Shown here one piece after another: positions 36,970-50,397 of a stretch of 64,000 nt of DNA (position 1 is its first letter; every line of letters begins with the position of its first letter). The DNA is taken from positions 54,870,001-54,934,000 of the forward strand of contig CM060734.1 of NCBI GenBank assembly GCA_030704615.1, given 5' to 3'. Under the pieces are notes generated by a model, which searched no databases, was not told the origin of the DNA, and saw nothing but the letters and a program-made list of their open reading frames with translations. This DNA comes from Takakia lepidozioides. Its lineage: Eukaryota; Plantae; Bryophyta. The position numbers and the translations under genes are program-made.

Positions 36970-38928
36970 AAGGCACCTCATGAGATGCAAGAAGTTGTAA
37001 TCGATAGCGGTGAATCGTGCTGGGATTGACACTGCAAACGAAGGGCATGCATTGTACTGAATGTGCCCTACAGTGTGATTCTCTGGGATCTGCCATATTG
37101 GACACCGGTCCCAATATGGATGTGGCTTGATTTTATTGCAAGCGTGTGAGCTGACGGGTACGGCCCGGGACCTGCTCCGGCAGCCTCGTCGGCGAGCTGG
37201 ACGCCCCATGTCAAATCATCCCCACCCCTCCGCCCGTTGCCCCGCCCCCGCCCGCCCGCTGCTCCCCGCGCCCCCCCTACCCCCACGCCCGCCCGCCCGC
37301 CCGGCCAGGACCCCTGACCCCCGCCCCACCGCTGGCCGCGCGGCGCCCATCTCCCACCCCCCATCTCCAGCCACGTGGCGGCCCCCGCTGTGGATCCCAA
37401 GATCCCCCTTCCAATGCCGGAGTGATCCCCCACCCCCATCTGCAGCCACGTGGCGCTACCCCGAACCGTCGATCCCCTCCCCATCCATCCAACCTCAATT
37501 GAATGGATGACGGCCGGTTGAAGGTCCCATGACGCGCCCATCGCCACGTGGCGCTCCCGCCGCCGTCGATCCCCGCCTCCCATCCACGGCGCGCTCCCCG
37601 AGACGTCGCCGCTCCCCCCGACGCGCCTTGATCCCCCAACCCCAATCGCCCGCCACGTGCGGCTCCCCCGGACCGTCGATCCCCTGCGCATCCATTGGAC
37701 CTCACAAATAGTGGATGTTGTGTGTCATCCGCCCCTCATCCCCCCGCCGTCGATCCCCTCTTCCCATCGACGGCCCGATCTCCCGACACGTCGCCGGCCC
37801 CCCCCCTCCGTTGATCCCCGTCCAATGCGGTGACTGATCCCCCTCCACCCATCGGACGGCACGTGGCGCGCCCCCCGCCGCCGATCCCCTCTTCCCATCC
37901 ACGGCACGATCCCCCGACACGTCGCCGCTCCCCCCCGACCTGGCTTGATCCCCACTCCGGACCCGCAATGATCCCCCACCCCTAATCACCCGCCATGTGC
38001 TGCTCCCCCGAACCGTCGATCCCCTGCTCATCCATCCAACCTCAAAACAATGGATGTTCTGGGTCATCCGTCCCTCATCCCCCCGCCATCCTCCCGCGCA
38101 GTGGATGGACGACGGCCGGATGAAGGCCCCATGGCACGCCCACCGCCACGTGGCGCTCCCCCCGCCGTCGATCCCCTCATCCCATCGGAGGCGCGATCCC
38201 CCGGGCCATCGCCGGCCCCCCCCCCCTCGTTTGATCCCCCGTCCAATTTGGTCACTGGGTCCCCTCCAGCCATCGGCCACCACGTGGTGCTCCCCTGAAC
38301 CGAGGATCCCCTGCGCATCCATCCAACCTCAAAACTGGGTCATCCGCGGTCCCCCAGCATTCGATCCCCTCCTCCCATCCAGGTGGTGATCCCCCGGGCC
38401 GCTCCCCCCCGCCTCGGTTGATGCCCCGTCCAAACCTGGAATTGATCCCCCTCTCTTCTTCTACCACCACGTGGCGGTCTCCGTAGCCGTCGATCCCCTC
38501 GTCCCATCCAAGACCCGATCCCCCGAGCCACTGCTCCCCCCGCCTCTGGTTGATCCCCCGCCGCCGCCATGCCACGTGTCTTCCCACCCTTGACCCCCCC
38601 GCGCGTCAATGGCGGAACAGGTGATCGTTCCCCCCATGGCGGTCCCCTCTCCGTTGATCCCCCATCCTTCCGCCCCCCCCCCCCCCGGGAGCGATCCCCC
38701 TTCCACGTGTCAAATGTCAGGGTTGTTTGCACGTGGCTATCATTTTGTTCATCTATGTCGTCCTCCCCCATCCAATGGTCATGCACGTCCCCCGCCATTT
38801 TGGTCTGTCACATGAATGGTGTGGATGTATTGAAATTTAGGGTTTCCGGCTGCTCGCAAATTTGATGCTCTTTGCGCGTGTAGTTTGCTGCTGTGTACTG
38901 TTTCTGCAGGACGTGTGTGGTCTGCGGA

Positions 38929-41900
38929 TGTGTACTGTTCCTGCAGGGGTGCCGGGCATCATGACTGGATCTTCGGAGTTGCGCACGTCATTCCTTCTAT
39001 CACAGCTGCGTGACACGTTGCAAATCCCCCCGGATGGTTCCTTCAACCACAGGTCGCTTATATGGACTCCAACTATTTCAAGTGAAGGTGGACATCGTGT
39101 ATATACGGATGTTGCGGTCATTCCTTGGAGCAGGATCGACAATTTTGTGAGAGGGGAGGAAGAAAGGGCAGAGGCGCCCACTCACTTCAACAGAACGGTG
39201 CCTAAAAAGGGAAAGCATGAGGAGGGCGAGCTCTTAGCTCCAAGGGCCAATAGTTGATTTGTTGTGATAAAGTCCGCCTTCACCTTTGTGGTTTCTGGAT
39301 GGTCTCTATGTGTTCTTTGTAATGACATGCTACTTGTTTGCATTGTTTGCTCTTATAATGTGTCAAAATGCTATGCTCTCTTGCTCCGAGTATTCCACTC
39401 CGCCGACATAGTTCTCATCATTGTTCAGGTTCCATTGTTCTTATGGACCTGAGGACAAGCGCACAAATGTAATACCTGTCAATAAACATTCTTTGAAGAG
39501 AAGGAACGGCAGGAGAGGGTGTGTGCTGGATGCTTCATCGCCTTCTTACAACAACCACAAAGGGCCGAGACGGAAGAAAGTCGTTCAGGGAGAGTCCATC
39601 AAGAGGGGTTGCCTCTGTCAGTTTAGGATTGGACGATGCTACCTGGATCCTTCTCTTGCTGTCATAAATACTACAACAAAAACCATGTTGATGGATGTGA
39701 CAAGGTCTGCCATGGCCACATTGACCCGACTTCAAGTAACACCCGTTTCGCGCACACACCTCACCTTAGTGAAGAGGTTAAGATGTGGATAACGGATAGC
39801 ATACGTGCTGGGTTGTCGCCTGCTGAAATCATGGCCCCAACATGAACAACAGGTATTTGATAGCAAGGTCAATGGAGAGAAGTGGTGTCGTGATGATGTT
39901 GTGCTTGAGCATGACATTAGAAACATCATGGACAAGCTGGCATGTGAGACTTTCAAGCGACATAAGGACGAGGGGACCAGTCTGAAGATGTGGAAGGAGG
40001 CCCAGCCCGACCTCAAATTTGCCATTGGCATTCAAGCAGAATTTCAGAAAAAAACAATGCTCCGAATGGGTGACAAACGTATTGTCTCTTGTGATGCGAC
40101 CTTCGGAACAAATGAACACAAGGTGTGTGGAATCGACGGCGTGGACTCCTGGGAGCATGAGAGCATAGCATCTTTCACTGTGAAGGGGATCAGTGGGGAG
40201 CAGGGGATCAGTAGGGAGCAGGGGATCAGTGGAGAGCAGGGGCACAAGGGGACCATAGCCTTATCCGATATGCAGGGGATCACGACATTGGGTCATCACC
40301 AGTGACCTATTAATCCCCCTATCGGATTCGACACCACGGCTGCCTCAGCCCATTAGGGGACTAGACACATAGGCCAAACTCCATTATATATACTGCTCTG
40401 TATATGTTGGGACCATTTTGGGACCATGACGTGTACTTGTGTGATTCGTAGTGAGGGGTGCGCAGGCGGGAGGGACGACAGCTTAGCAAATGCATGCCTT
40501 GGGGGGTTATAGAGAGGAATGATGGAGGGATGGTCTCCTTCCAGGGGATCATGGCATAGCCCACAGGGGGGATCACATAATACTAAAATGAGAACAGAAG
40601 GGGTTGCAGGGTTCGGGGTTCACCTCCTGTGATTTCTTGTCATTAATTTCAGTAAAATGTTTTGCCTATTTTCCAAACAAAAGTACTTACATTGCACATT
40701 TTTGTCTTTGTGTGCAGTATGCCATGTATACTCTTATGGTCTTCGACATTTGGCTGAACGGCATCCATGTTGCATACATAATATCTTCAAGAAACAATGC
40801 CAACGATTTGTTAAGTTGGATGTTGGCTCTTCGTCAAAGTCTCTAGGCCGATCAGCCGGATTGGCATCCCAACGCATTCATTGTGGACGATGCCGATGCT
40901 GAGATTAACGCCATTCGGTTTGTTCTCAATCCCTCCTCCCTACCAATGAACTTCCATTGCCTTGGCTACTTCTACATGAGGGGAGCACTGAGAGTGGAAC
41001 AGTCAATATGTTTCCTGCCGGGGAATCCGTGTAGAGGGGACCAAGAGTGTAGGGTTGCATGGGGGATCAGTGAAAGGGGATCAATTATGGGATCAATGAT
41101 CAGGGGACAAGGGGAGGGTAGCAGGGGATCAGGAGCAGCAGATCTCACATCCGACAATGATCGAGGGTCCAGGAGTCAAAGGTTGCATGGGGGGATCAGT
41201 GGAAGGGGATCAATTATGGGATCAGTGATCAGGGACTTCGGACACTCAGGGTACCAGGGGATCAGGACCAGCACATGTTTGATCCGACAATGTGAATTTT
41301 ATCGGCCTTTCATTGGCCATAGGAGGGCTCATGTATTCCCCTTTCATTGCCTTCACCGGATCTGCATGAGGGGTTTCAGTCAAAGGGGATCAGGGGTTCA
41401 GTGAAAGGGGATCAGGGGATCACGAGCAGGGAGCACTTATCAGAGATTCATACTTGTATCTGATTTTGTGGTGGTCTTGTTGTGGTGTTGTAGTGGCCTT
41501 GCTAATGCCGTTTTGTGGATGGTTCAGGCATATGTTCCCAGGGGTGCCGGTTTTCCTGTGCCTTTGGCATGTTCGAAGGGCCTGGCTGAGAAATGCCATC
41601 GAGAAGATCAAGGATGCCCAATTAAGGGCCGATGTCTTGCAAGGTATGGGTGCAATCATGTACAATAAAGGTGGTCCCATTGGTGACTCTTCGCAGGCCT
41701 GGGCTGTGTTTAGATTGTATGAGTTACAAACAAAGTATCCCACAGCTAAATTGTTCTTCTTGTATATCCACAAATGGTGGATCCCGAAAGTGGACATGTG
41801 GGTTGTTGGAGCTCGAAATATCCCACATGTCGGACAAGATACGAATGCTGGAATTGAAGCATACCATGCGAACCTGAAGAGGCGCTTGTGCCAAACAAGA

Positions 41901-42788
41901 CAGAAAATGGACGGGCGTCGACTGGATTGGTTGGTCTACATCCTAACAGGTAGCCTCCTCACACATTACTGGTACATTTTGACCTTGAAAGCTGAAGGGT
42001 TCATTCGCAACTCTAGGATGGAACATTTTGTGCAGGTGTGGATGGCTGAGCAGATACCGGAATCCAACGTGGATTTGCCCGAGCACATGGGGATCCTGCG
42101 AAGGTAAAAAGCATGTCTTCTCCAGGCACTGTATATATGCAATCCAACATCCGAGTGGGCTTGTTGTGACTGCCCTAATGCCATGGAAGGGAACCTATGC
42201 AAGCACTAAGTGAAGGTGTTCAAGATGTTACGGCCATATGAACCAGAGGGTTTAATTGTCCGAACTTGTGGAACACGACTTGGGACACTCAATGGGGGCA
42301 TGGCCAAGCTGCTCGACCTTGATCGCCTGTCCACTACGGAGCCCCCGTGTGACACAGATCCCATGTGTCCCCCTGCACCAGACACGGTTCCGGCTGGCAA
42401 TGTCTTGGGGGAGCAGCAGCCCCACCATGAATCGCAAGCAACTGTCATGAAGGCCATCGCAGAGGATATGCTCGGTTTGGAAGTCTGTGTGAAAGGTAAC
42501 ATGGCTCTTCATAACCATCTTTTGAGTGACCTTCGTGTCACGAGAGGAAAGCTAGCGCAAATGGCCACACGCATGGCTGCGGGTCTTCTCCACCCACACC
42601 TTGTAAGAAGGTTTGAACGTGTTCAGGATGGATCAGGAATGAGTTTGAAGAGAAGAAAGGATTGGGTAGAGGTTTCTATGTCATGGAAATCAAGACGTCT
42701 TGGATCCAAAAGAGTCTCAGCAACCCCTCCATCTTCGTCTATTTTGCATGCACTTCGTCAAGTTGGGCGTCCCAGATTGAAGGGTTGA
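38929..42788 (+). pseudogene. MULE transposase with SWIM zinc finger, multi-exon, with stops and frameshifts
   Basis: IPWSRIDNFVRGE, CSYGPED, KRGCLCQF, NHVDGCDKVCHG, CDATFGTN, YTLMVFD, FIVDDADAEINAI, LCLWHVRRAW, DTNAGIEAYHANLK, and SWIM CDCPNAMEGNLCKH. Confidence 0.88.
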
Positions 42789-43587
42789 GAGCAAGCAGGT
42801 TTATGCTCTCGTGCTCCCATTCAGATTGCTGATTTCCCTGAGATTGCATTCTCAACGAAGCATTTGGTATCAAACAATTTCTCATTATTCAAAATGGCTG
42901 AAGCTATGTTCAGTGACGCATGTGTTCTGTGATTCATAATGGAATGAAGGAGATGTGGATGATCTTTATTGCAATTGAGTCTGTATGCATGCATTTGCAG
43001 TGATGTTCAAAACACAAATTACCGCCCACTTTTATGTTTAGCCTTTAAATTAACAGTCCTGAATTCCAATACTGAAAAACGGTTGCCACCAGTCTCTAGT
43101 GCGTTCCCTGCAACCTTTTTTGCATTGCAAGCACACTGCTCCCCTCCTCCCATCATCCCCCTCTTCGTGTAGTGCTTCGGCCTCTGCTCCCCTGGAATGG
43201 CAGAGGTTCCCTGATCCCCTTCATCTCCCTTCTCATCACAGCTGGCCCCCTCACACCGCTGCTTCCCGAGGTTGTGCTCAGCTCCCCGTGATCCCCTTCC
43301 CATTCACAGCTCCCCCTCACCCCCCCATCCCCTGCGGCTTCGCAATGGTCCCCTTCACCGTGCAATGCTCCCCCATGTATCACCCAAAGAGTTCGCTCAA
43401 CAAGGCAGTGCGGCTGTCATCCGGCGGGGCAATTATTGAAGCTAGCGCCTTGTGTTCAGTGGCCCATGATGTTTTGTGCGATTCACAGTGGTATGAGAGA
43501 CATTTGTGGTGACCTCGATGGGAACCATTTGGATTCATAGTGTATATAACATATGGGACACCGTATATGTGGTTTTGAAAGCCATTC

Positions 43588-44822
43588 TATGGATCAGAAA
43601 GAAACAAAGGATAAGGGGAAGGATAAGGAACGCATGAAGGGCAAGGGGGAGCAGACCGGAGAGGGGATCGGCAAGGGGAAGCAAAGACCCCTGAAGGATG
43701 AGGGCGAGCCGAAGCGTGCGCAAAAAATACGGGTGACAATGCGGGGGAGGGAGGAGAACCGTGCAGCTGAGGGGGAAAGTAAAGCTATCACCAGAATAGG
43801 GAAGAAACGGAAGGCGAAATCTGGTCGGCCAGAAGTCACTAAGTAAGTGGGCCAGGGCTTCCAACGACCAAGTGGGGACCAAATTCATGGTGAGTACATT
43901 CAATAGGGCTTACACGCATGATAGGGGGATGATATGGGTGCTTGAAAACACCCTTAACAGTTAATTGCCTACCTATCTGACTTCGTGAACTTGTGTACAA
44001 TGCAGAAACCAGAATAGACTGAGGGAAAAGCTCCCAGAGGACAAGGGCTGCCTTGTTTTCTTCAAAGGCACTCCACAGGAGTCCATTATGGGTTCATGGG
44101 ATTATCTACGGTTGTCAAAATTGTATGGGGAAGCGGAGGATGGAGGGGTGTTTTTGTATGCCAATATTTTGCAGCTATCCCTGGAGGAGAGTAATCGTTG
44201 CTGGTGGGCTATGATGGACACACTGATATGGACGGCTTTGGAGGCATCATCGAAGGACGACCTTCACAGGATTTCCAAAGGGCTTGTAAACGATCGGGTA
44301 ACTGAGAAGTGCCTAGGGAAGGATCCAGATAAGGTTCAGACACGGTTCATCCCCTTATGCTCTGGGTACGTCCCTCAATCCTCCTATTTTGCAGCTTTGA
44401 CTGACTTTGATTTGATTTGGAGAATGGAAAGCATTAGTGGTGTCTGGCCTCAAACACATGTGCGTTCTGCAGGGGCCATTGGAGTTTGATGGTTTTTGAT
44501 AAGTCCAAGTTTGTTCATCTGAATTCCATGACATCATTCAAATCCCATAGCCGACTTGCCTTCGCGTCTTCGCACTTTTAGAGCATACCTACACAAAGCC
44601 GAACCGGACTCGGTACTTTGGAATGAAATAATAGCATGGGAGTGGCTGGAACCTGAGGTGCCACAACAACCAAGCGGCTGGGAGTGTGGCTACTTTGTAA
44701 TGAATTTCATACAGAAATACTTGGAGACCAAAATCACAAAAAAAGGGGGGCAACTTTTACAGCAGATTGGTTTACATGTTAGTACGCAATATCAAAGCAG
44801 GATTTTTTTTGTGGATGGATAG
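43588..44822 (+). pseudogene. Ulp1/C48 SUMO-protease-like ORF of the MULE, with basic N-terminal exon
   Basis: VPQQPSGWECGYFVMNFI (Q...C catalytic motif), FIPLC, and a degraded KH*WCL His motif near 44430. Confidence 0.72.
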
Positions 44823-45377
44823 TGGATAATTGGGATGATGCAGATTTGCAGCGTAGACTGTCGCATGTGCATGCCTCGGATGCTGAGGATGTAGCTATTG
44901 TATCTCCATTCCCCACGAAAAAAAAATGAAGCTTGTCCTCCTCTTTGTAATCCCTTTGTGCCTTCTTTGGCGTCCACTGTGCTGTGAAGGGGATGAAGGG
45001 GTGAGGGGATCCTTGAGGTGGATCAGACAACCAGGGATGAGGGGGGTCAAGGGGGGGGGGGTGTCAGGGGGATCAGGGGATCAGGGGGCTCAGGTTCAGG
45101 GTGGGATCAGGGGATTGGGGGATCGGGGGGATCGGGGGGCTCAGGTTCAGGGCGGTCGGGGGATGAGGGAAAACAAGGATTGTATAAGGGGTTAGCGGAG
45201 ATCGGGGAAGCAGGGGAACGGATGGGGACAACAGGGGATCAGAGAACCAGGGGAACAGGCCGGGAGATGAGGGGATCATGGAGGGAATGTCGGGAGCTCG
45301 ACGGGGGTTAAGGGGATGAGGGGACCACGGGGTGAGGGGATGAGGGACGGCAGGTTTCGAATCGGGGGATCGGGGGA

Positions 45378-47784
45378 TTACTGGTGAAAAGTCGTGTGTG
45401 AAGGGGCAAGTTCTGAAAGGTCATGTCCGTGTTTTGCACTATGAAAGGTCACGTCCCTTGCATGGGTCACGTCCCTTGCAAGTGGTGCAAAAGCATGCAA
45501 CAAAAACTGAAAATAAACCCCAAAGCAAAATCTGAAATTTGCCCAACAATCCATGCCTTGCAGGTTCAATTGGCGTCCCGAAGTTTTTGTAACAACCCTA
45601 TGCCGTGTTCGATCTGCTATTGGGCTAGATGATGGTTTGCCGGAGGTCAAACCCATGTGCAGGGGGGTTGGAGCAGAAACCATAGGCGCAGGCACCATCA
45701 GACCTGTGGTGAATGTGGAGCTAGGGGTGACCCCCAATTCAATATTCCAAGGATCTGTGGAAGCGATGGGAGCAGTACCAGGGGGCTGGAGTAAGCGCTC
45801 TGCTGTGGGGGAGACTAGACTATCTGCGAGTGCGGATAACAACGGGATGGCCTGTGCATGATACGGGTGCACCTGGCAAAACTGACATGGGCGGAACAAA
45901 CCCCTCCGTTGCCAATTCGGTGTTCCCTGCCAATGACTGGCGTTGAGGGGTCACCAATGTTGAAATAACCTCAACCTGTGTCATCGGCAAAGAGGACTGG
46001 AAACAACTGCAAATCTGCTGGACTTGGTAGTTGGATCCACCATCCTTGGCACATCCTCCCTCTCCACGTGGGAAGTACACACAGACTCGGGATGAGTTGA
46101 AAGAGGTGATTGGACAAGGGCAGAGAGTGAAGGACCACAGAGAGACACAGCAGCCCGCGACAGAGCATATACATGGAGGGGAGCATGCATGACATCGGGA
46201 ACAACGTTGGGGGATGACACCTCGGGTGATGGAGCACTGAGGGGGGGACCAGAGGGAGTCACAGTAGCATGCGAGAGAGTAGACACATGTGGGGAAGAAG
46301 AGTGGAAGTCAGGGACAGACAAGGGGGGACCAGGATCACACACGGATGCATGCTTTGTAGGAGACAGATCTGGGGGAGCAGACAAAACCTCGGGAGTAGA
46401 GAGACAGCGAGGGCAACGGAATATTCCCTTGGGGAGTCTAAAAGAAGACTGTGAGGCAGAATAGTATGAGAGGGGATGGGATTGACATCAACTTCCGCAA
46501 TGGGTGTGTAAAAACCTTCCGTCGGAGATTCCACTTGAAAAGTCTCTGTATGAGGCGCTTGAAGGTCTTCAACCTGTGAGGGTGTTGGCGACGCCATCTG
46601 CGATGCATGGTGGGACAACTGCGATGAATTGAAGGCGTCCACGTCGATGTGGGAAAGGTGAGGGGCATATGGTGACACTCGTCGGTCGTATAGTTCATGT
46701 CTTCTCGCCAACAACACCTTGTTTGCTCGTAAGACCTCCTCCATGGCATTTTGAACTCCAACATCAGCTGCCTCAGCCTCACCTATCACAGAGACAAACG
46801 CTTGTATTTTAGCTTTGACCCCCGTGATCCCCTGATCCCCCGATCCCCGACTGTAAAGTCTGCTCCCCCATTTATCTATATTACAATTCTGATCTTCACA
46901 ATGACAGATTGTTGGAGAGGCAAAGCATGCACTTACTCAAAAGATGCACGTAGCGTCCCAGATCAATGTGCTCCCGCCTAAACAGTAGATCCTCCCAGGC
47001 CCACACTGCACGTCGTATCCCTTTGGCATCGTTGCCCTTGCACCACAAAACTTGGAAGTGGGCGGTTTCTGTTGCTGCAAATTCATGAAACGCTCGGGCA
47101 CGCACCATGCGAAGAAATGCTCGGCAGGAGTCGACGATCTGCATTTTGTCCTGCATTGTACCATATCTAAGCTGACCCTCTGCCAGGAGCACTTCTTTCA
47201 ACATGGTCTCCTGATTCTGAAAATTCCCAAACGTCCGCCAACCTCCATGCAAGAAGAGTCCAAATCCATGGTAGGGCAGTTTGTGAGCAGTCTGCGGTGC
47301 AAAAAGCATCATGATATGACTGGGGCAGATGCCGTGTCTTAAATTGGCCAAAGGATACAAGTGTGAAACAGGGGTCGAGGGTCCATGGTAGAAAAAACTT
47401 GGAGGGGAACAGGGACCGGAGGCAATCGGGCCGGACATTGACGTTTCAGCCAGGTGACAATGGCATCAGATTCTTCGGCAGTTCTTAGGAGAGGGAATCC
47501 AGGAAGCAGACGTCGAATGTCCTGCTCCTCCAGCAATAGTTCAACAATATCAAACTGGAGATCTACAGATGAGGGGGGAGCAGCAGTGCAAGGGGGACAT
47601 GACGTGGGGGGACCTGATATGGGGCGAGCAGACCTGTTTGCAGCAGAGGCGGGGTGGGGGCAAGGGTAGACGATGAAGGGGGAGCAGAGACGGGCATGAT
47701 GGGGGGAACAACATTCACCGGACAGGAGGGTGTTACAATAGGAGTACTCATCTTTCCCACAAGGTAGCTCTCAAAATCTTCCAA
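45378..47784 (-). pseudogene. Third MULE ORF on the opposite strand, unknown function
   Basis: Chain of minus-strand ORF pieces starting just inside the right TIR (MEDFESYLVGKMST..., LLEEQDIRRLLPGFPLL..., ETMLKEVLLAEGQLRYG...VWAWEDLLFRR), then Ser/Pro-rich segments. Confidence 0.5.
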
Positions 47785-50397
47785 TGTCCGCTTGCAAGTA
47801 AGAGGATCGTGAGGAATGCAAAGAGCGGTTGCAGCCCAAAGAGCATGCTACTCCGGAGTGGGGATCAAGCCAAGTCGGGGGAGCGGCGACGTGTTGGGGG
47901 ATTGCGCCGTGGATGGGAAGAGGGGATTGGCGGCGGGGGGAGCGCCACGTGCCGTCCGATGGGTGGAGGGGGATCAATCACCGCATTGGACGGGGATCAA
48001 CGGAGGGGGGGGGGGGGGGGGGGGCGACGTGTCGGGAGATCGGGCCGTCGATGGGAAGAGGGGATCGACGGCGGGGGGATGAGGGGCGGATGACACACAA
48101 CATCCACTGTTTGTGAGGTCCGATGGATGCGCAGGGGATCGACGGTCCGGGGGAGCCGCACGTGGCGGGCGATTGGGGTTGGGGATCACTCCCGGTCCGG
48201 AAGGGGGATCAAGGCGCGTCGGGGGGAGCGGCGACGTCTCGGGGGAGCGCGCCGTGGATGGGAGGAGGGGATCGACGGCGGCGGGAACGCCACGTGGCGA
48301 TGGGTGCGTCATGGGACCTTCAACCGGCCGTCGTCCATTCAATTGAGGTTGGATGGATGGGGAAGGGATCGACTGTTCAGGGTAGCGCCACGGGGCTGCA
48401 GATGGGGGTGGGGATCACTCCGGCACTGGAAGGGAGATCAACCCAGTGAGGGGATCCATAGCGGGGGCCGCCACGTGGCTGGAGATCGGGGGTGGGAGAT
48501 GGGCGTCGCGCGGCCAGCGGTGGGGCGGGGGTCAGGGGTCCCGGGCGGGCGGGCGGGCGGGCACGGGGGGGTCAGGGGGGCGCGGGGAGCAGCGGGCGGG
48601 CGGGGGCGGGGCAACAGGTGGAGGGGTGGGGATGATTTGACATGGGGCGTCCAGCATTATCGACTCTGCGCATGATACTGATGGTACCCAATCTAACTCA
48701 CCCCTTCGTCACATGATTCGAAAATGAAGCCAGTGCAGTCTTCAACATGTATTGGATCATCATCGCCACTACACCATGTCAAAGCTCTCGAGTGTGTACA
48801 GTAATGCAGCAACACATGTTGATGAAAGCGGGATGAGTGTACTACGTTTGTATTGTACCCAACAGTCGTCAATTGTTTACCCACAAACTGCCACTGGGCT
48901 ACTATAGTTACCGAAGAACGGACGGAAGTACTCCAGTGGCATACGCAGCGATGATTCGAACGATTTTCAGACTCTTCAGATGGCCATCTTTGTCCATTTT
49001 GTTCAACGAAGGAAGAATTGATGTCCAGCCCAGGAAGAGCCCACTGAATTCATGTTGCGCAAAACCCCATCCTCCAATCCATTTCCACGATTCTTTCTTA
49101 CAATGAGGCCTCATATGTTGATGTGACATAAGCAGAGCTTGCGGGGCATGGGGGCAGGATTGAACACGGTAGGGATGCGCGCCCCCCCCTGCGAGGCTTG
49201 TCACGAAGACGACGAAGACCAAGAGGACAAAGAGGATGACAGTTGAGCAACCGTCTGGTCTGATTAGGGGATGTGGGAGGATGAATATCGTGAATATCAT
49301 CTATTCATCCTTTCTATTCATTCAATTTCATTCACTTAGGGGCCGTGAGAAACTTTTAAATCAGAAATAATTGATTTCCTAAACATATCATCCATCAGTG
49401 CACCCGTCAGGGTACCTCTCATTCATCCAGTTTCATCCATGGGGTCATCTCTCTCGCCTATCGTGGCTTGAAGGGTAGCCATGCAAGTTGTGCGACGATG
49501 AGCGTCACAAAACAACCGAGCCAAGCCATATCCATATGCCCCCAGAAAGCTCTTGCAACTTCCCGAACAAGTCTTGCGCTTGCGAAATTCCCCCCAATCT
49601 GACTTCAAATGTTTGGTGAAGCCCATGAGGACCGATTACAACAACTGAGAGCAAGAACCTCACAGCCAGGAGCACCACAGACGTCTGCATTCATGACTGA
49701 TATATGTGAGTGATCAAAAGAAGAAATTCGGGGAAGTGATGCTGGGAAAATGCGGTGCAGAAAGAAATATTTTTAAGGCTGATCTTGATATGCCAACAAG
49801 TTGTCTGCATCAACTCTGTCAAAATTTAAACGCTATTGGACGTAATTCAGTTTTAGAAAAAAAAAAAAAAAAATGCAGTCGTATGTCTGTCGGTGTATGT
49901 CACGTCATCAATCGTGTTGTACGTGCATCTACAATTTGTTGTATTCGTTCCTCAAATTCATTGTTCATTTCTGAACACATCAAGTCACATTCAAATGAAC
50001 ATTCTCGACAATCAACCTCGTGTTAACATAATGTTGATTTCAGTTCTAGAAAATCAACCTCGTGTTAACACAAGGTTGATCTCTGCGGACGCCCTAAACC
50101 CTTAACCAATTTCACCTTCATATGGTGAAATCCCACAGTTATAGGCTCCACGGTTATAGGCCCACCATCTTTGTGGTGACATGGCACGACCTTGGGTGGG
50201 CTCACGCCACATCACCATTGTGTGAGCGGTAGCGTTGTTGGGAGGTATGTTACCATCTTTTGAATTGCATCGAGACATCAATCAAAGAAAGCTGATAATA
50301 CTGTATTATAGGTCTACAGTCTACACAAAGTATGTAGTCTAAGTATGTCTACAGTCTGCACCATGTTTTTTCATAACCGCAAAGACGCTTTAGGGAT

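Larger units (their letters stand above)
37197..48654. mobile_element. Mutator-like (MULE) element, 11.46 kb, with about 0.8-kb GC-rich TIRs
   Basis: Termini CTGGACGCCCCATGTCAAATC / GATTTGACATGGGGCGTCCAG. Inverted homology 37197-37960 vs 47853-48654. Encodes a MULE DDE+SWIM transposase and a Ulp1 protease. No TSD found. Confidence 0.88.

Noticed and set aside
37068-38865. Many Gly/Pro/Arg-rich ORFs in the ORF track (also 47771-48675)
   Set aside because: By-products of GC-rich repeated TIR sequence that lacks stop codons; open in several frames at once.
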